The notes under the pieces are model-generated. The model did not search any database. It was not told the origin of the DNA and saw only the letters and a program-made list of their open reading frames with translations. Of a DNA stretch of 64,000 bases, positions 63,300 to 64,000 are shown one piece after another. Both the position numbers and the translations under genes were made by a program. Position 1 is the first letter of the stretch; each line of letters begins with the position of its first letter. Origin of the DNA: Oxalobacteraceae bacterium (lineage in GTDB: Bacteria > Pseudomonadota > Gammaproteobacteria > Burkholderiales > Burkholderiaceae_D); assembly GCA_030698225.1 (NCBI GenBank), contig JAUYNR010000115.1, positions 5,058-69,057 of the forward strand, given 5' to 3'.

Positions 63300-64000
63300 C
63301 TGCCTGGCTCAGGTCCTCGGCCGGCAGGCTTTTGTTGTGCCGCAGGATCAGTTCGAATGCGTCGGCCGGCACCGGGCGGCTGAAGTAATAACCTTGCATC
63401 TCGTCGCACTGGTTGCGCCGCAGGTAGGCCAGCTGGGCTGCGGTTTCGACCCCTTCGGCGATCACATTGATCCGCAGGCTGTGCGCCAGCGAGATGATGG
63501 CCGCCACGATCGCAGCGTCATCGGGGTCGATGGTAATGTCGCGCACGAACGATTGATCGATCTTCAAGACGTCGATCGGGAACCGCTTCAGGTAGGACAG
63601 GCTGGAGTAGCCGGTGCCGAAGTCATCGATCGAAAGTTGCAGCCCCAGCGCCTTGAGTTCGCGCAAAATCCCGATCGCATGTTCGACGTCGGTCATGATC
63701 AGGCTTTCGGTCAGCTCGATCTCCAGATACTGCGCGGCCAGCCCGGTTTCTTGCAGCACTGCGGCAATCGATTTGACGATGTCCTGTTGGGCGAACTGGA
63801 TCGCCGAGAGGTTGACAGCAACACGCAAATAGCCGAGGCCGGCCAGTTGCCAGGCCCGGTTCTGCGCGCACGCGGTGCGGATCACCCAGGCGCCGATAGG
63901 CACGATCAGGCCGGTCTCCTCGGCCAGCATGATGAAGCGATCGGGTGCAATCATGCCCAGGGTCGGGTGCTGCCAGCGGATCAGCGCCTCCATGCCGACG
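63292..64000 (-). CDS. EAL-domain (c-di-GMP phosphodiesterase) protein; N-terminal part lies outside the window
   Basis: The frame is open to the window edge. EAL-domain blocks EALIRW, YLEIELTES, DDFGTGYSSLSYL, KIDQSF, AEGVET. Confidence 0.85.
   Translation of the reverse strand, partial: VGMEALIRWQHPTLGMIAPDRFIMLAEETGLIVPIGAWVIRTACAQNRAWQLAGLGYLRVAVNLSAIQFAQQDIVKSIAAVLQETGLAAQYLEIELTESLIMTDVEHAIGILRELKALGLQLSIDDFGTGYSSLSYLKRFPIDVLKIDQSFVRDITIDPDDAAIVAAIISLAHSLRINVIAEGVETAAQLAYLRRNQCDEMQGYYFSRPVPADAFELILRHNKSLPAEDLSQAVK

Overview
GC-rich betaproteobacterial chromosome segment. Local syntenies (birA-coaX-SPOR, argB-nucleotidase-slmA) suggest Burkholderiales, possibly Oxalobacteraceae; this is an inference. 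Most of the window is ordinary coding sequence: acetone carboxylase acxABC (5' end cut by the window), an acyl-CoA ligase, secB, a TAXI-TRAP transporter with DUF1850, a cell-wall block (L,D-transpeptidase, MepK-like peptidase, YbeD, D-amino-acid aminotransferase, PBP5/6), an MCE/Mla-type ABC operon, a TetR-controlled RND efflux pump, an accessory patch (isochorismatase, LysR, orphan binding protein, LysE, ccdAB, GNATs, PaiB, OsmC, MocR), a bacterioferritin-like gene, an ECF sigma operon, and an EAL gene cut at the 3' edge. The clearest functional unit is a complete Fur-box-controlled staphyloferrin-B-type siderophore cluster, colinear with S. aureus sbnA-I and followed by a TonB-dependent receptor. 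The least explained signals are: (1) nine dispersed copies of a ~65-70 bp AT-rich intergenic repeat that I cannot assign to a known family; (2) a Fur-repressed two-gene operon (83-aa Cys protein plus a 429-aa coiled-coil protein with a DUF2325-like C-terminus) next to the bacterioferritin-like gene; (3) several REP/MITE families that share termini but carry different hairpin cores, some of which alter ORFs; (4) two decayed genes (MEKHLA-like, DUF1272-like), one apparently truncated by a lower-GC insertion. I saw no tRNA, rRNA, CRISPR array, integrase or transposase. Many long ORFs in the track are antisense artefacts of high GC. All family assignments come from motif and architecture recognition by eye and need HMM or BLAST confirmation.
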